Source: an uncultured Azospirillaceae bacterium
GTDB lineage: Bacteria; Pseudomonadota; Alphaproteobacteria; Rickettsiales; UBA3002
Length of the DNA stretch: 64,000 bases
Direction of reading: 5' to 3'
Assembly (NCBI GenBank): GCA_964564675.1
Contig: CAZMBI010000006.1
Span: forward strand, 30,991-94,990
Shown in pieces: positions 1 through 8,480 of this stretch (its first letter is position 1; each line of letters begins with the position of its first letter). The notes under the pieces are model-generated. The model saw nothing but the letters and a program-made list of their open reading frames with translations, did no database searches and was not told where the DNA came from. A program made the position numbers and the translations under genes.

Positions 1-219
1 CAGGCCGCCCCCAATCCGGGTACGCATGGCCGATTGCTGAGCCAGGTGCAACAAAGCACGCTTAACGACTCGCTTGGTCCACTGCGAAATGCCCTGGCCA
101 GCCAAACGTCCGAAACCGATTCCACCCGCTGGGAAGGCAGGCTGCTGGACTTATTGCGACAGGCCATCGAGCATCCGGTGGCGGTTCAACTGAGCGCATC
201 TCAGCAGAGGCAGCGGTAA
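1..219 (+). CDS. 3' end of a hypothetical protein (5'-truncated by window edge)
   Basis: Frame is open from base 1 to TAA at 217-219 (QAAPNPGTHGRLL...SASQQRQR). No recognisable domain. Converges on the tRNA 3' end. Confidence 0.55.
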   Translation, partial: QAAPNPGTHGRLLSQVQQSTLNDSLGPLRNALASQTSETDSTRWEGRLLDLLRQAIEHPVAVQLSASQQRQR

Positions 220-241
220 CGGAAAGGCGGAGAAAAAACCT

Positions 242-316
242 TGGCGACCCCTACGGGAATCGAACCCGTGTTTTCACCGTGAAAGGGTGACGTCCTAACC
301 GCTAGACGAAGGGGTC
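242..316 (-). tRNA. tRNA-Glu (TTC)
   Basis: Reverse complement GACCCCTTCGTCTAGCGGTTAGGACGTCACCC-TTTCAC-GGTGAAAACACGGGTTCGATTCCCGTAGGGGTCG-CCA gives a cloverleaf with TTC anticodon, GTTCGA T-loop and encoded CCA. Confidence 0.97.
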
Positions 317-442
317 GCATCCGAACAAACGGAACAGGTAGATACACCATTTGGCCGGGCATTAGTCAACTAAAAAATAGGTGGCCAATATGCCGGATAG
401 TGCGTTAAACATACAGTTTATTAATCGTGGAACAAGCAGATC

Positions 443-823
443 ATGTCCCTGACGGATACAGAAAAAGCGATAGTCGCAAGGTTTAAGGAGTCACACCGGC
501 ATTGTTTCGATCTATTGGAACAAAATGCCAAAATCGCCGGGGCAGATATCGCAGCCGAAGCGGCCAAAAATACGCACGCCGAGCCGAAGGAGCGGGTATA
601 TATTACTCTATTGGAGCTGGATAATAAGGAAAACGATAAGCGGTTGACCTCAGACGAAGCATTAAACCGGAATCTGGATAAACTCATCGATCCGCCGTTC
701 AGCATGAGTATGGCCGATGCTGCTATAATAGGAAAACATTTCAACCACTTGCGCAGTCAAACGGCACATACCTGTTTCGCCCGCGACGCACAGGGGATAT
801 CATCATCCTGTTTTATCCACTGA
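443..823 (+). CDS. orphan hypothetical protein (126 aa)
   Basis: ATG-started ORF fills the tRNA-recJ gap. It is AT-richer than its neighbours and its stop overlaps the recJ 3' end. Confidence 0.6.
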   Translation: MSLTDTEKAIVARFKESHRHCFDLLEQNAKIAGADIAAEAAKNTHAEPKERVYITLLELDNKENDKRLTSDEALNRNLDKLIDPPFSMSMADAAIIGKHFNHLRSQTAHTCFARDAQGISSSCFIH

Positions 824-2632
824 GGCGGCGTCATCGATCAGGAACTGGGCCGACGCCTGCCCCTGCCACTCGTTCCGGCGCAGGCTGCCATACAGATGCA
901 GGCGCCCTCCCGCCGCACCTTCCAGCATCGCCCCCAGCGGCGTATCCACGCTGTTGAAAGTAACGCCCGTGATGCGCGCCTTGCCCGCCGGATCGCCGAA
1001 GATCACGCGGTAATGCTTGTCTTTCATGATGGTGCAGGCATGAATCCGCGCCGCGGGCACCACCAGTTTGGGGCCGGGATGGCCCATACCGAACGGTCCG
1101 GCGCGCTCCAGCTGCTCAAACAGCGCCAGATTGAGTCCGGCAGCGGAGACGGTGGCATCATAGCGCCGGCTACGGGCCTCGCCATAACGCGCCACCGCCG
1201 GGCCCAGCCGGTCACGCAAAAAGGCGGCGAACGCCTCGCACTGCGCCATCTCAAGCGAGAAACCCGCCGCCATGGCATGGCCGCCGCCGGCGGTGAGCAG
1301 CCCGCGCTGGCGTGCGGCAATGACCGCCGCACCGATATCCGCCCCCGGCACCGAACGCGCCGAGGCCTTGCCCTGCCCGTCAGCGATACGGATAACCACC
1401 GCCGGCCGGTCAAAGCGCTCCTTGAGGCGGCCGGCGACGATGCCGATCACGCCCTCGTGCCAGCCGCTACCGGCGACCACGATACACGACAGGTTAGCCT
1501 GCGATTCAGCCAGCGCCAGCGCGGCTTCGAGCACACTCGCCTCAATCGCCTGCCGCTCGGCATTATATTCATCGAGCCGCTGCACGATAGCGGCGCATGC
1601 ATGCGGGTCATCCAGCGACAGCAACTGCTCGCCAAGTGCCGACTCGCCGACGCGGCCGCCGGCATTGATGCGCGGACCAAGCACAAAACCGGCATGATAC
1701 ACCGACGGGGTTTCATCCATCCGGGCAACATCAAACAGCGCGGCAATGCCCGGATTACGCCGCCGGCGCATGACTTTCAGGCCCTGCGCGACATAGGCCC
1801 GGTTGAGCCCGTAAAGCGGTACCACATCACAGACCGTGCCCAGCGCCACCAGATCGAGCCATTGCAGGAGATCAGGCAATTCCCCCTCACGCGCGCTTTG
1901 CACGCTGCCCGCTGCTTTCAATAGGGAGGGGGCGGCTCGTAGCGCCCGGTTGAGCGCCACCAGCAGCAAAAATACCACGCCGACGGCCGCCAGATGCCCG
2001 CACGGCGAATCCTGATCGACGCGGTTGGGATTGATCACCGCCCAGGCCGGCGGCAGCTGTGGCTCGGCCACGTGATGATCAACCACGATGACATCAATCC
2101 CCGCCTGCGCCGCCCAGCCGAGAGGCTCGTGCGCCAGCGTACCGCAATCCACCGTGATAATGACCGTCGCGCCCAGTCGCTGCAGTTCGGCGAAGGCGGC
2201 GGTATTGGGCCCGTACCCTTCGCGCATACGGTCCGGGATATAAGTCAGCAGCGGCTGGCCTAAGGCGGTGGCATAACGCTGCAATAAGGCGGTGGACGTC
2301 GCCCCGTCCACATCATAATCACCGAACACGGCAATGGTTTCGCCCTGTGTAAAGGCTTGAATCAGCCGGGCGACGGCCTGATCCATACCGTGCAGATGCG
2401 ACGGATCGGGCAGCGTGGCCTTAATGGTCGGGTTGAGAAATGCCTCAGCCGTCTGCGGGTTGATGCCGCGGCCGGCCAGCACCCGCGCCAGCGCTTCCGG
2501 CAGCGCCAGCTGCTGCACCATGGCCAGCGCCGTGCGCTCCTGCTCGGCGGTGGTGATACGCGGCTGCCAGGGCAGGCCGGAAGCGGTCGTGTTGTACACA
2601 CCGGCTTGGGTTACGTCGGTTTCGGGTTGCAC
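803..2632 (-). CDS. recJ: single-stranded-DNA-specific exonuclease RecJ
   Basis: DHH motifs GDYDVDG, ITVDCG, VDHH, PRINAGGR and GGGHAMAAG. Confidence 0.97.
   Translation of the reverse strand: MQPETDVTQAGVYNTTASGLPWQPRITTAEQERTALAMVQQLALPEALARVLAGRGINPQTAEAFLNPTIKATLPDPSHLHGMDQAVARLIQAFTQGETIAVFGDYDVDGATSTALLQRYATALGQPLLTYIPDRMREGYGPNTAAFAELQRLGATVIITVDCGTLAHEPLGWAAQAGIDVIVVDHHVAEPQLPPAWAVINPNRVDQDSPCGHLAAVGVVFLLLVALNRALRAAPSLLKAAGSVQSAREGELPDLLQWLDLVALGTVCDVVPLYGLNRAYVAQGLKVMRRRRNPGIAALFDVARMDETPSVYHAGFVLGPRINAGGRVGESALGEQLLSLDDPHACAAIVQRLDEYNAERQAIEASVLEAALALAESQANLSCIVVAGSGWHEGVIGIVAGRLKERFDRPAVVIRIADGQGKASARSVPGADIGAAVIAARQRGLLTAGGGHAMAAGFSLEMAQCEAFAAFLRDRLGPAVARYGEARSRRYDATVSAAGLNLALFEQLERAGPFGMGHPGPKLVVPAARIHACTIMKDKHYRVIFGDPAGKARITGVTFNSVDTPLGAMLEGAAGGRLHLYGSLRRNEWQGQASAQFLIDDAASVDKTG
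1883..1931. repeat. degenerate CCCCTCAC...GGGAGGGG palindromic element in frame within recJ
   Basis: cccctcac-N11-acgct-N13-aatagggagggg aligns, at the same 49-nt length, with cccctcac-N10-acgct-N14-aaagggagaggg at 61106-61154. Confidence 0.5.
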
Positions 2633-2646
2633 CAGCCTCTCCCCTT

Positions 2647-2713
2647 GTCATCCCGCGGGGCATGTCGAAAGACAGATGCGCAGCGGGTCCGCTGTGCGCC
2701 TGTCCGGGATGAC
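2647..2713. repeat. REP/RPE-like palindromic element (GTCATCCCG...CGGGATGAC)
   Basis: Perfect 9-bp terminal inverted repeats plus internal hairpins (tgtc-gaaa-gaca; gcgcagcgg-gt-ccgctgtgc). Lies between glpX and recJ. Confidence 0.75.
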
Positions 2714-2717
2714 GCGT

Positions 2718-3725
2718 TTATTCCGGCTTGCACCAGGGCTTGCGCGTGAAGTTGTGTTCGGCCTCGATCAGGCGTACGGTGCCGGTCTTGCTGCGCATGA
2801 TGATGGAATGGGTTATGGCGCCGGCGGCATGCATTTTTACCCCGCGCAGCATGGACCCGTCGGTCACGCCGGTAGCGGCGAACATCACATCGCCCCGGGC
2901 CAGCTCTTCAAGCGTGTATTTCTTATCCAGATCCGTAATGCCCATGCGCGTGGCGCGCGCTTTTTCCTCGTCATTCTTAAATTGCAGGCGGCCCTGAAAC
3001 TGGCCGCCGATGGAACGCAGCGCCGCCGCCGCGAGCACCCCTTCCGGTGCGCCGCCGATACCGCAATACATATCCACTCCCACATCCGGGCGGGCGGTGG
3101 CAATCACCCCGGTCACATCACCATCTTGAATCAAAAAGATGCGCGCCCCGGCTTCGCGAGTTTTGGCAATCAGCTCCTCGTGACGCGGGCGCTCCAGAAT
3201 CATCACGGTCAGATCGCTAATTTCGCAGCCGCGGGCTTTGGCGAGATTACTGAGATTCTCCTGCGGGCCGGCGTCCAGATCGACCACGTGAGCAGGCAGA
3301 CCGCCGCCCACGGTGATCTTATTCATATAGACATCGGGCGCATGCAAAAAGCCGTCTTTTTCCGACATGGCCAGCACAGCCAGCGAATTCGGGCCGCCGG
3401 TGGCGCAGATGGTGGTGCCTTCCAGTGGGTCCAGCGCAATGTCGATCTGCGGGCCGGAGCCGGCCCCGACCTTCTCGCCGATATACAACATCGGCGCTTT
3501 ATCGCGCTCTCCCTCGCCGATCACCACCGTGCCGTCGATCGTCAGGCCGTTAAGCGCCTCGCGCATAGCGGTCACTGCCGCCTGATCGGCGGCTTTTTCA
3601 TCGCCCATACCGATCCACGGCGCGCAGGCCAGGGCCGCCGCTTCGGTGACGCGCACCGCCTCCAGCGCGAAATTGCGATCCATCGTCAGTTCATCATTAT
3701 CCGGTAGCGGGGCAGCGAGTGACAT
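2718..3725 (-). CDS. glpX: fructose-1,6-bisphosphatase class II
   Basis: Motifs VRVTEAAA, ADQAAV, VIGEGERDKAPMLYIGE, DPLEGT and ATGVTDG. Confidence 0.96.
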   Translation of the reverse strand: MSLAAPLPDNDELTMDRNFALEAVRVTEAAALACAPWIGMGDEKAADQAAVTAMREALNGLTIDGTVVIGEGERDKAPMLYIGEKVGAGSGPQIDIALDPLEGTTICATGGPNSLAVLAMSEKDGFLHAPDVYMNKITVGGGLPAHVVDLDAGPQENLSNLAKARGCEISDLTVMILERPRHEELIAKTREAGARIFLIQDGDVTGVIATARPDVGVDMYCGIGGAPEGVLAAAALRSIGGQFQGRLQFKNDEEKARATRMGITDLDKKYTLEELARGDVMFAATGVTDGSMLRGVKMHAAGAITHSIIMRSKTGTVRLIEAEHNFTRKPWCKPE

Positions 3726-3786
3726 ATTTGTCTCCTTGGTAGTGGTTTGCCGTTAGTATTTTCAGCCTCTTGCTGACGGCTAAGGG

Positions 3787-5076
3787 CTATAATTTCTCAA
3801 TCCGCAGCATTTGCGGCGTGTGAATGACACTAGTCAAGTTGGCGATACGTTGCAAGCCATTGCGCATGGCTGATTCTTTGGTGTCATGGGTGGTGATGAC
3901 CACCTGCGCCGGCGCATCCGCGGCATGGCCATGCTGGATGATGGATTGCACCGAAATCGCCTCCCCGGCGAAGATGGCGGTAATCTCCGAGAGTACGCCC
4001 GGTTTGTCGCGTACCGTCAGGCGCAGATAGTAACGGCTGGTATGATTGGCCATATGCGCTTTGGGCAGCGGCTGCAACGCAGGCGCCGATACGGTGAAGG
4101 CCGGATAACGCACGCCGCGGGCAACCTGCACGATGTCGGAAACCACAGAGGAGGCCGTTGGGCCGCCGCCGGCTCCCTGGCCTTCAAGCAGGACGCGGCC
4201 CACCGCATCCCCTTCCAGCTGCACGGCGTTAAAGGCGCCGTCAATCACGCCGATGGGCGCGCCCTTGGGCACCAGACAAGGGTGCACGCGCTGCAATATG
4301 CCGTCTTCGCCGTGCTGCGCGATACCTAGCAGCTTGATGGTATAGCCCAACTCGTCGACATAGCGCATATCGTCATCGGTGATACTGCGAATGCCTTCAA
4401 TATGCACGCTTTCCAGATCCACCGGCGCGCCATAGGCGAGGCTGGTTAAAATGGCGAGCTTGTGGGCGGTATCCATACCGTCCACATCAAAGCTCGGATC
4501 GGCCTCGGCATAACCCAGCGCCTGGGCTTCGGCGAGCACGTCATCAAACGCGCGGCCAGTGCGCTGCATGGTAGTAAGGATATAATTACCGGTGCCGTTT
4601 AAAATGCCGGCAATGCGCATGAAGCGATTAGCCGCAAGGCCGTGGCGCAGCACATCGACCACCGGAATGCCGCCGGCCACCGCCGCCTCATAAGCCAACA
4701 CCGCCTCATTGGCTTCGGCCAGCCGCGCCAGTGCCGTCCCGTGATGCGCCAGCAACGCTTTATTGGCGGTGACCACATGACGGCCGGAAGCCAGCGCTGC
4801 CTCCACCAGTTCGCGGGCGATGCCTTCACTGCCGCCGATCAGCTCGACGATCATATCGACATCGGCGCGTGTGGGCAGTTGCAGCGGATCATCCACCCAG
4901 TCGATGCCGCTGAGGTCAAGCCCGCGGTCTTTTTGGCTGCGCGCCGAAACGGCGACAATCTGAATGTCGCGCCCGCTTCGGCTGTACAGCATATCTTTGT
5001 TGCGCTGCAACAGTTCGACGGTTGCCGCGCCCACCGTGCCCAGCCCGGCAATAGCGATACGTAGGGGATTAGTCAT
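3787..5076 (-). CDS. hom: homoserine dehydrogenase (C-terminal ACT domain)
   Basis: GLGTVG Rossmann motif, VVTANKA, YEAAVAGGIP, GILNGTGNYIL and EADPSFDVDG. Start refined to MTNPLRI (5076). Confidence 0.96.
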   Translation of the reverse strand: MTNPLRIAIAGLGTVGAATVELLQRNKDMLYSRSGRDIQIVAVSARSQKDRGLDLSGIDWVDDPLQLPTRADVDMIVELIGGSEGIARELVEAALASGRHVVTANKALLAHHGTALARLAEANEAVLAYEAAVAGGIPVVDVLRHGLAANRFMRIAGILNGTGNYILTTMQRTGRAFDDVLAEAQALGYAEADPSFDVDGMDTAHKLAILTSLAYGAPVDLESVHIEGIRSITDDDMRYVDELGYTIKLLGIAQHGEDGILQRVHPCLVPKGAPIGVIDGAFNAVQLEGDAVGRVLLEGQGAGGGPTASSVVSDIVQVARGVRYPAFTVSAPALQPLPKAHMANHTSRYYLRLTVRDKPGVLSEITAIFAGEAISVQSIIQHGHAADAPAQVVITTHDTKESAMRNGLQRIANLTSVIHTPQMLRIEKL

Positions 5077-5398
5077 TGGGTGGTTCCTTGATAACTTCAT
5101 CCAATTGATCTTGTAATGGCGGCAGATGGTCGTCAACGATCTCCCATAATGCATCAGCGGAAATTCGATCATAACCATGGACAATGATATTGCGCAAATC
5201 GATGATTTTACGCCATGGTATATGGGGATGTTTGTTGCGAAAATCGGGTGTCGAACAATTGGCTGCTTCCCCGATAACGGCAAGATCCCGTTCTATCGCA
5301 CGCAGCGTACGCAGATCTGCTCTATCCGACTGGGCCAGGGTTTGCATTTCGGCGCTGTAATCAAGCATATCCTGAAAGTGAGGTCCGGGGTATTTCAC
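5069..5398 (-). CDS. HEPN/DUF86-family RNase toxin (HepT-like)
   Basis: IGEAA...HPHIPWRKIIDLRNIIVHGY contains the RX4HXY catalytic motif. Directly downstream of an MNT gene. Confidence 0.9.
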   Translation of the reverse strand: MKYPGPHFQDMLDYSAEMQTLAQSDRADLRTLRAIERDLAVIGEAANCSTPDFRNKHPHIPWRKIIDLRNIIVHGYDRISADALWEIVDDHLPPLQDQLDEVIKEPPND

Positions 5399-5679
5399 AG
5401 ATCCCTCGCCTCTTTAAGCAAAGATGGACGGATGCGGGGGGTCAGCGAATCATCTGCCAACAGATCAATCGACTGGTGCAGCAAATCCTCGATCTCATGT
5501 TTCATACTTAAGCGATCCCACAGCGAGCCGCTGGGCAAATTAATGAGTATATCCACGTCGCTTCCGGTGCGCACTTCATCACGAGCAACCGATCCGCAGA
5601 CGCGAATTTCACGCGCCCCGTATTTATCAGCAATTGGGAAAATCTGCGGTTTGTAGCGGCGCAGTTCGTCCAGTGTCAT
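5395..5679 (-). CDS. minimal nucleotidyltransferase antitoxin (MntA-like)
   Basis: GSVARDEVRTGSDVD matches GSX10DXD. 94 aa; overlaps the HEPN gene by 4 nt. Confidence 0.9.
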   Translation of the reverse strand: MTLDELRRYKPQIFPIADKYGAREIRVCGSVARDEVRTGSDVDILINLPSGSLWDRLSMKHEIEDLLHQSIDLLADDSLTPRIRPSLLKEARDL

Positions 5680-6887
5680 GCTGCCCTCATCTGCGCGATC
5701 AGCTGCTGTGCATCTTCGCCCAGAAACTGTTTGATATTGCGCACAGCCTGGCGCAGTCGCTGGCGGTTTTCAACCAGCGCGATTCGCACATGACCATCAC
5801 CATATTGTCCGAAACCGATACCGGGCGCCACCGCCACTTCCGCCTTATCGAGCAGCAATTTGGAAAAGGCCAGCGAGCCGAGCTCAGCATAGGCCGCCGG
5901 CAGCGGCGCCCAGATAAACATGGAGGCCGCCGGGCTGGGCACCGGCCAGCCGGCCTTTGCCAGCCCGTCGACCAGCACATCGCGGCGCTCTCGATACATG
6001 CTGCGCAGATTTTCGACCACCTGTTGCGGCCCGTTAATAGCGGCGGTGGCCGCTACCTGAATCGGCGTGAACGCGCCGTAGTCGAGGTAGGATTTAATCC
6101 GCGTCAGCGCCCTGACCAGCGTCGGGCACCCGGCGGCAAAACCGATCCGCCATCCGGCCATCGAATAGGTTTTACTCATCGAGGTGAACTCCACCGCGAT
6201 GTCTTTGGCCCCCTGCACCTGCAGGATGGACGGCGGCGGATTATGCTCGAAATAAATCTCGCAATACGCAAGATCCGACAGGATAAAAATCTCATGATAG
6301 CGGCACAGCGCCACCACTTCCTCATAAAATTCCGGCGTCGCGGTCTCGGTGGTCGGGTTGCAGGGATAGTTGAGTATGAGCGCCAGCGGCTTGGGATTGC
6401 AATGGCGGATGGCGGTTTTGATTTCATCGATTAAATGCGTGTCATCGGTTTTGGGCAGATTCCACACCGACGCCCCGGCGATAATCGAACCATAAGGGTG
6501 AATCGGGTAGCTCGGATTGGGCACCATGATGACATCACCCGGTGAGGTGATGGCCTGCGCCAGGTTGGCCAGCCCTTCCTTGGAGCCGATGGTGACCACC
6601 ATTTCCGTTTCCGGATCAAGCGTTACTCCAAAGCGGCGTTCGTAATAGGCGCATTGCGCGCGGCGCAGTCCCGGAATCCCGCGTGACATCGAATAGCGAT
6701 GGGCTTTGGGATCCATCGCGGTTTCTTTCAGTTTATCGATGATGTGCGCTGCCGGCGGCGTGTCCGGGTTGCCCATGCCCAGATCGATAATATCCCGCCC
6801 GGACGCGCGATGCGCCGCCTTCGTCGCGTTGACCTCGGCGAACACATAAGGCGGCAGGCGTTTGATCCGGTAAAATTCATCTTGCAT
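5676..6887 (-). CDS. PLP-dependent class I/II aminotransferase (AlaC / LL-diaminopimelate aminotransferase family)
   Basis: RIKRLPPYVF, DLGMGNPD, NYPCNPT, SDLAY and SMSKTYSMAGWRIGF. This is the usual upstream partner of hom in alphaproteobacteria. Confidence 0.92.
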   Translation of the reverse strand: MQDEFYRIKRLPPYVFAEVNATKAAHRASGRDIIDLGMGNPDTPPAAHIIDKLKETAMDPKAHRYSMSRGIPGLRRAQCAYYERRFGVTLDPETEMVVTIGSKEGLANLAQAITSPGDVIMVPNPSYPIHPYGSIIAGASVWNLPKTDDTHLIDEIKTAIRHCNPKPLALILNYPCNPTTETATPEFYEEVVALCRYHEIFILSDLAYCEIYFEHNPPPSILQVQGAKDIAVEFTSMSKTYSMAGWRIGFAAGCPTLVRALTRIKSYLDYGAFTPIQVAATAAINGPQQVVENLRSMYRERRDVLVDGLAKAGWPVPSPAASMFIWAPLPAAYAELGSLAFSKLLLDKAEVAVAPGIGFGQYGDGHVRIALVENRQRLRQAVRNIKQFLGEDAQQLIAQMRAA

Positions 6888-6955
6888 AAGGCAGCCGTAG
6901 CATACGCCGCGGCGAAATCAACTGCAACAGGTGATGCGATGCGGGATGATTGGCC

Positions 6956-8257
6956 CTAATAGGCGCTGCCGCGATGCGAGTAACCACGACGCACCGCATA
7001 ACGTGAGTCATCCAGATAATTAGTTTGCGCCCCGCTATAGGCAGGCCTCGGCGGTACCAGCCCTTCCGGAGAGAGCGACTGCGACGCCGGGCGCACGCTC
7101 GGCGGATTGGGCACCTCGAGGCTTTGCGGTTCCTGCGGCGTGCGGGGGGCAGACTGCGCCATCTGCTCTACGGGCTGCGTTGCCGGCTGCGTGATCATCG
7201 GCGGCTCGGGCGGCGATGTGTCAGCGCCCGGCGCGGTGGCGGGCTGCGCAGCGGTTTGCGGCGGAGCATAGGCATCGGCCTGACCATAACGGACCTGCGT
7301 CCCGTTTTTATCCATATGCAATGCCGGCACCGATACGACCTTGGCATCCTGTGTATTAGCCGATGCACTGGCCGGTGTATTGGCCTGCCCGCCCGCTTCG
7401 CCACCAGGCGCACTGCGCTCCACATTGACCGGCTGTTGCGCCGGCTGATCGGCGGCGACGGCTCCGGCACCCTCCTCTTGCGCGGCACCATTCATCCAGC
7501 TGTCCAGATCAATGGTGGGCAGCCAGCCCTCATCTTCCTGAGCCTGCCGCATCTCCTGCCGCTTCATCTGGGAACGACTATATTCCTGCTCCATGGCGGT
7601 GATTTCGGCTTCCACGCCGGGCGCATTCGGCTGCTGCGCTGGGTTGCGCGGCGGCGTGGGCGGTAAGGCAGGTGTCGTATTTTGCGGCTGCCCGGCGAAT
7701 GGATTAGCCGGTTGTTCGGCACGCTGCGCCTGCCAGTCCGGTTGCACTGCAGGCTGTTGAGCAGCCGGCCGCTGAGCGGATTGAAACTGCGAAGCAGACG
7801 GCGCCGGCGGCATGGCAGAGACGGTATTTTGCGGCGGGACCGTGTCTTGGGATGCGGCCTGCTGCTGCATTGTCACAGGCTGACGCATCGACTGCGGCAT
7901 GGGTTGCGTTTGCGGCGGCATCCCCCTGCCCTGTTGCTGCATAGGCGGGACCGGCTGCCGACCCGGCTGGACCTGCGCCGCTTGCGGTTGCGTCCGGTTG
8001 GGCGGTTGCTGCTGGGATTGATTTTGCTGCTGCTGTTCGCCGGTCTGCTGCGGCTGGCTGGCCCCGCCGGGATTAAGCAGCGGCGTGCGGCGCGGTCCCT
8101 GTACCGTATTGTAACGCTCTGGTCCGGTCTCAAAAAACGTGCCGCACCCGCTGGCCAGCACACAGGCTGCCAGCGCCACACCTACCAATGACCATTTAAC
8201 CGCGAATACCAGGCCGTTTTCCCGTTCAATTCGCGAGAGATGCTGATCCACTGTCAT
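6956..8257 (-). CDS. Pro/Gln/Ala-rich putative lipoprotein
   Basis: Hydrophobic N-terminus ending in lipobox-like LASGC, followed by a long low-complexity P/Q/A region. Confidence 0.75.
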   Translation of the reverse strand: MTVDQHLSRIERENGLVFAVKWSLVGVALAACVLASGCGTFFETGPERYNTVQGPRRTPLLNPGGASQPQQTGEQQQQNQSQQQPPNRTQPQAAQVQPGRQPVPPMQQQGRGMPPQTQPMPQSMRQPVTMQQQAASQDTVPPQNTVSAMPPAPSASQFQSAQRPAAQQPAVQPDWQAQRAEQPANPFAGQPQNTTPALPPTPPRNPAQQPNAPGVEAEITAMEQEYSRSQMKRQEMRQAQEDEGWLPTIDLDSWMNGAAQEEGAGAVAADQPAQQPVNVERSAPGGEAGGQANTPASASANTQDAKVVSVPALHMDKNGTQVRYGQADAYAPPQTAAQPATAPGADTSPPEPPMITQPATQPVEQMAQSAPRTPQEPQSLEVPNPPSVRPASQSLSPEGLVPPRPAYSGAQTNYLDDSRYAVRRGYSHRGSAY

Positions 8258-8480
8258 AATCGATTCCTGATCGTTTTCTCATAAAAAAAATCTGTAAAAC
8301 CGTACCGCCGCTTTGTCCAGACGAAAGCGTTGAAATGTCAAGCCGCTACATCCAATCAGACGGCAAAACAGGTGATTGCTCAAATTATCCACTTTGCCGC
8401 CGACGCGCCCGCCGCCTGCAGCGGATTTTTTTTGCAGATCACCTCTCGACTCACTGCGCCTGTCACATTATAACGATGGT

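Noticed and set aside
5077-5283. 69-aa N-terminal extension of the hom ORF
   Set aside because: It overlaps the HEPN gene in another frame; the real protein starts at MTNPLRI (5076).
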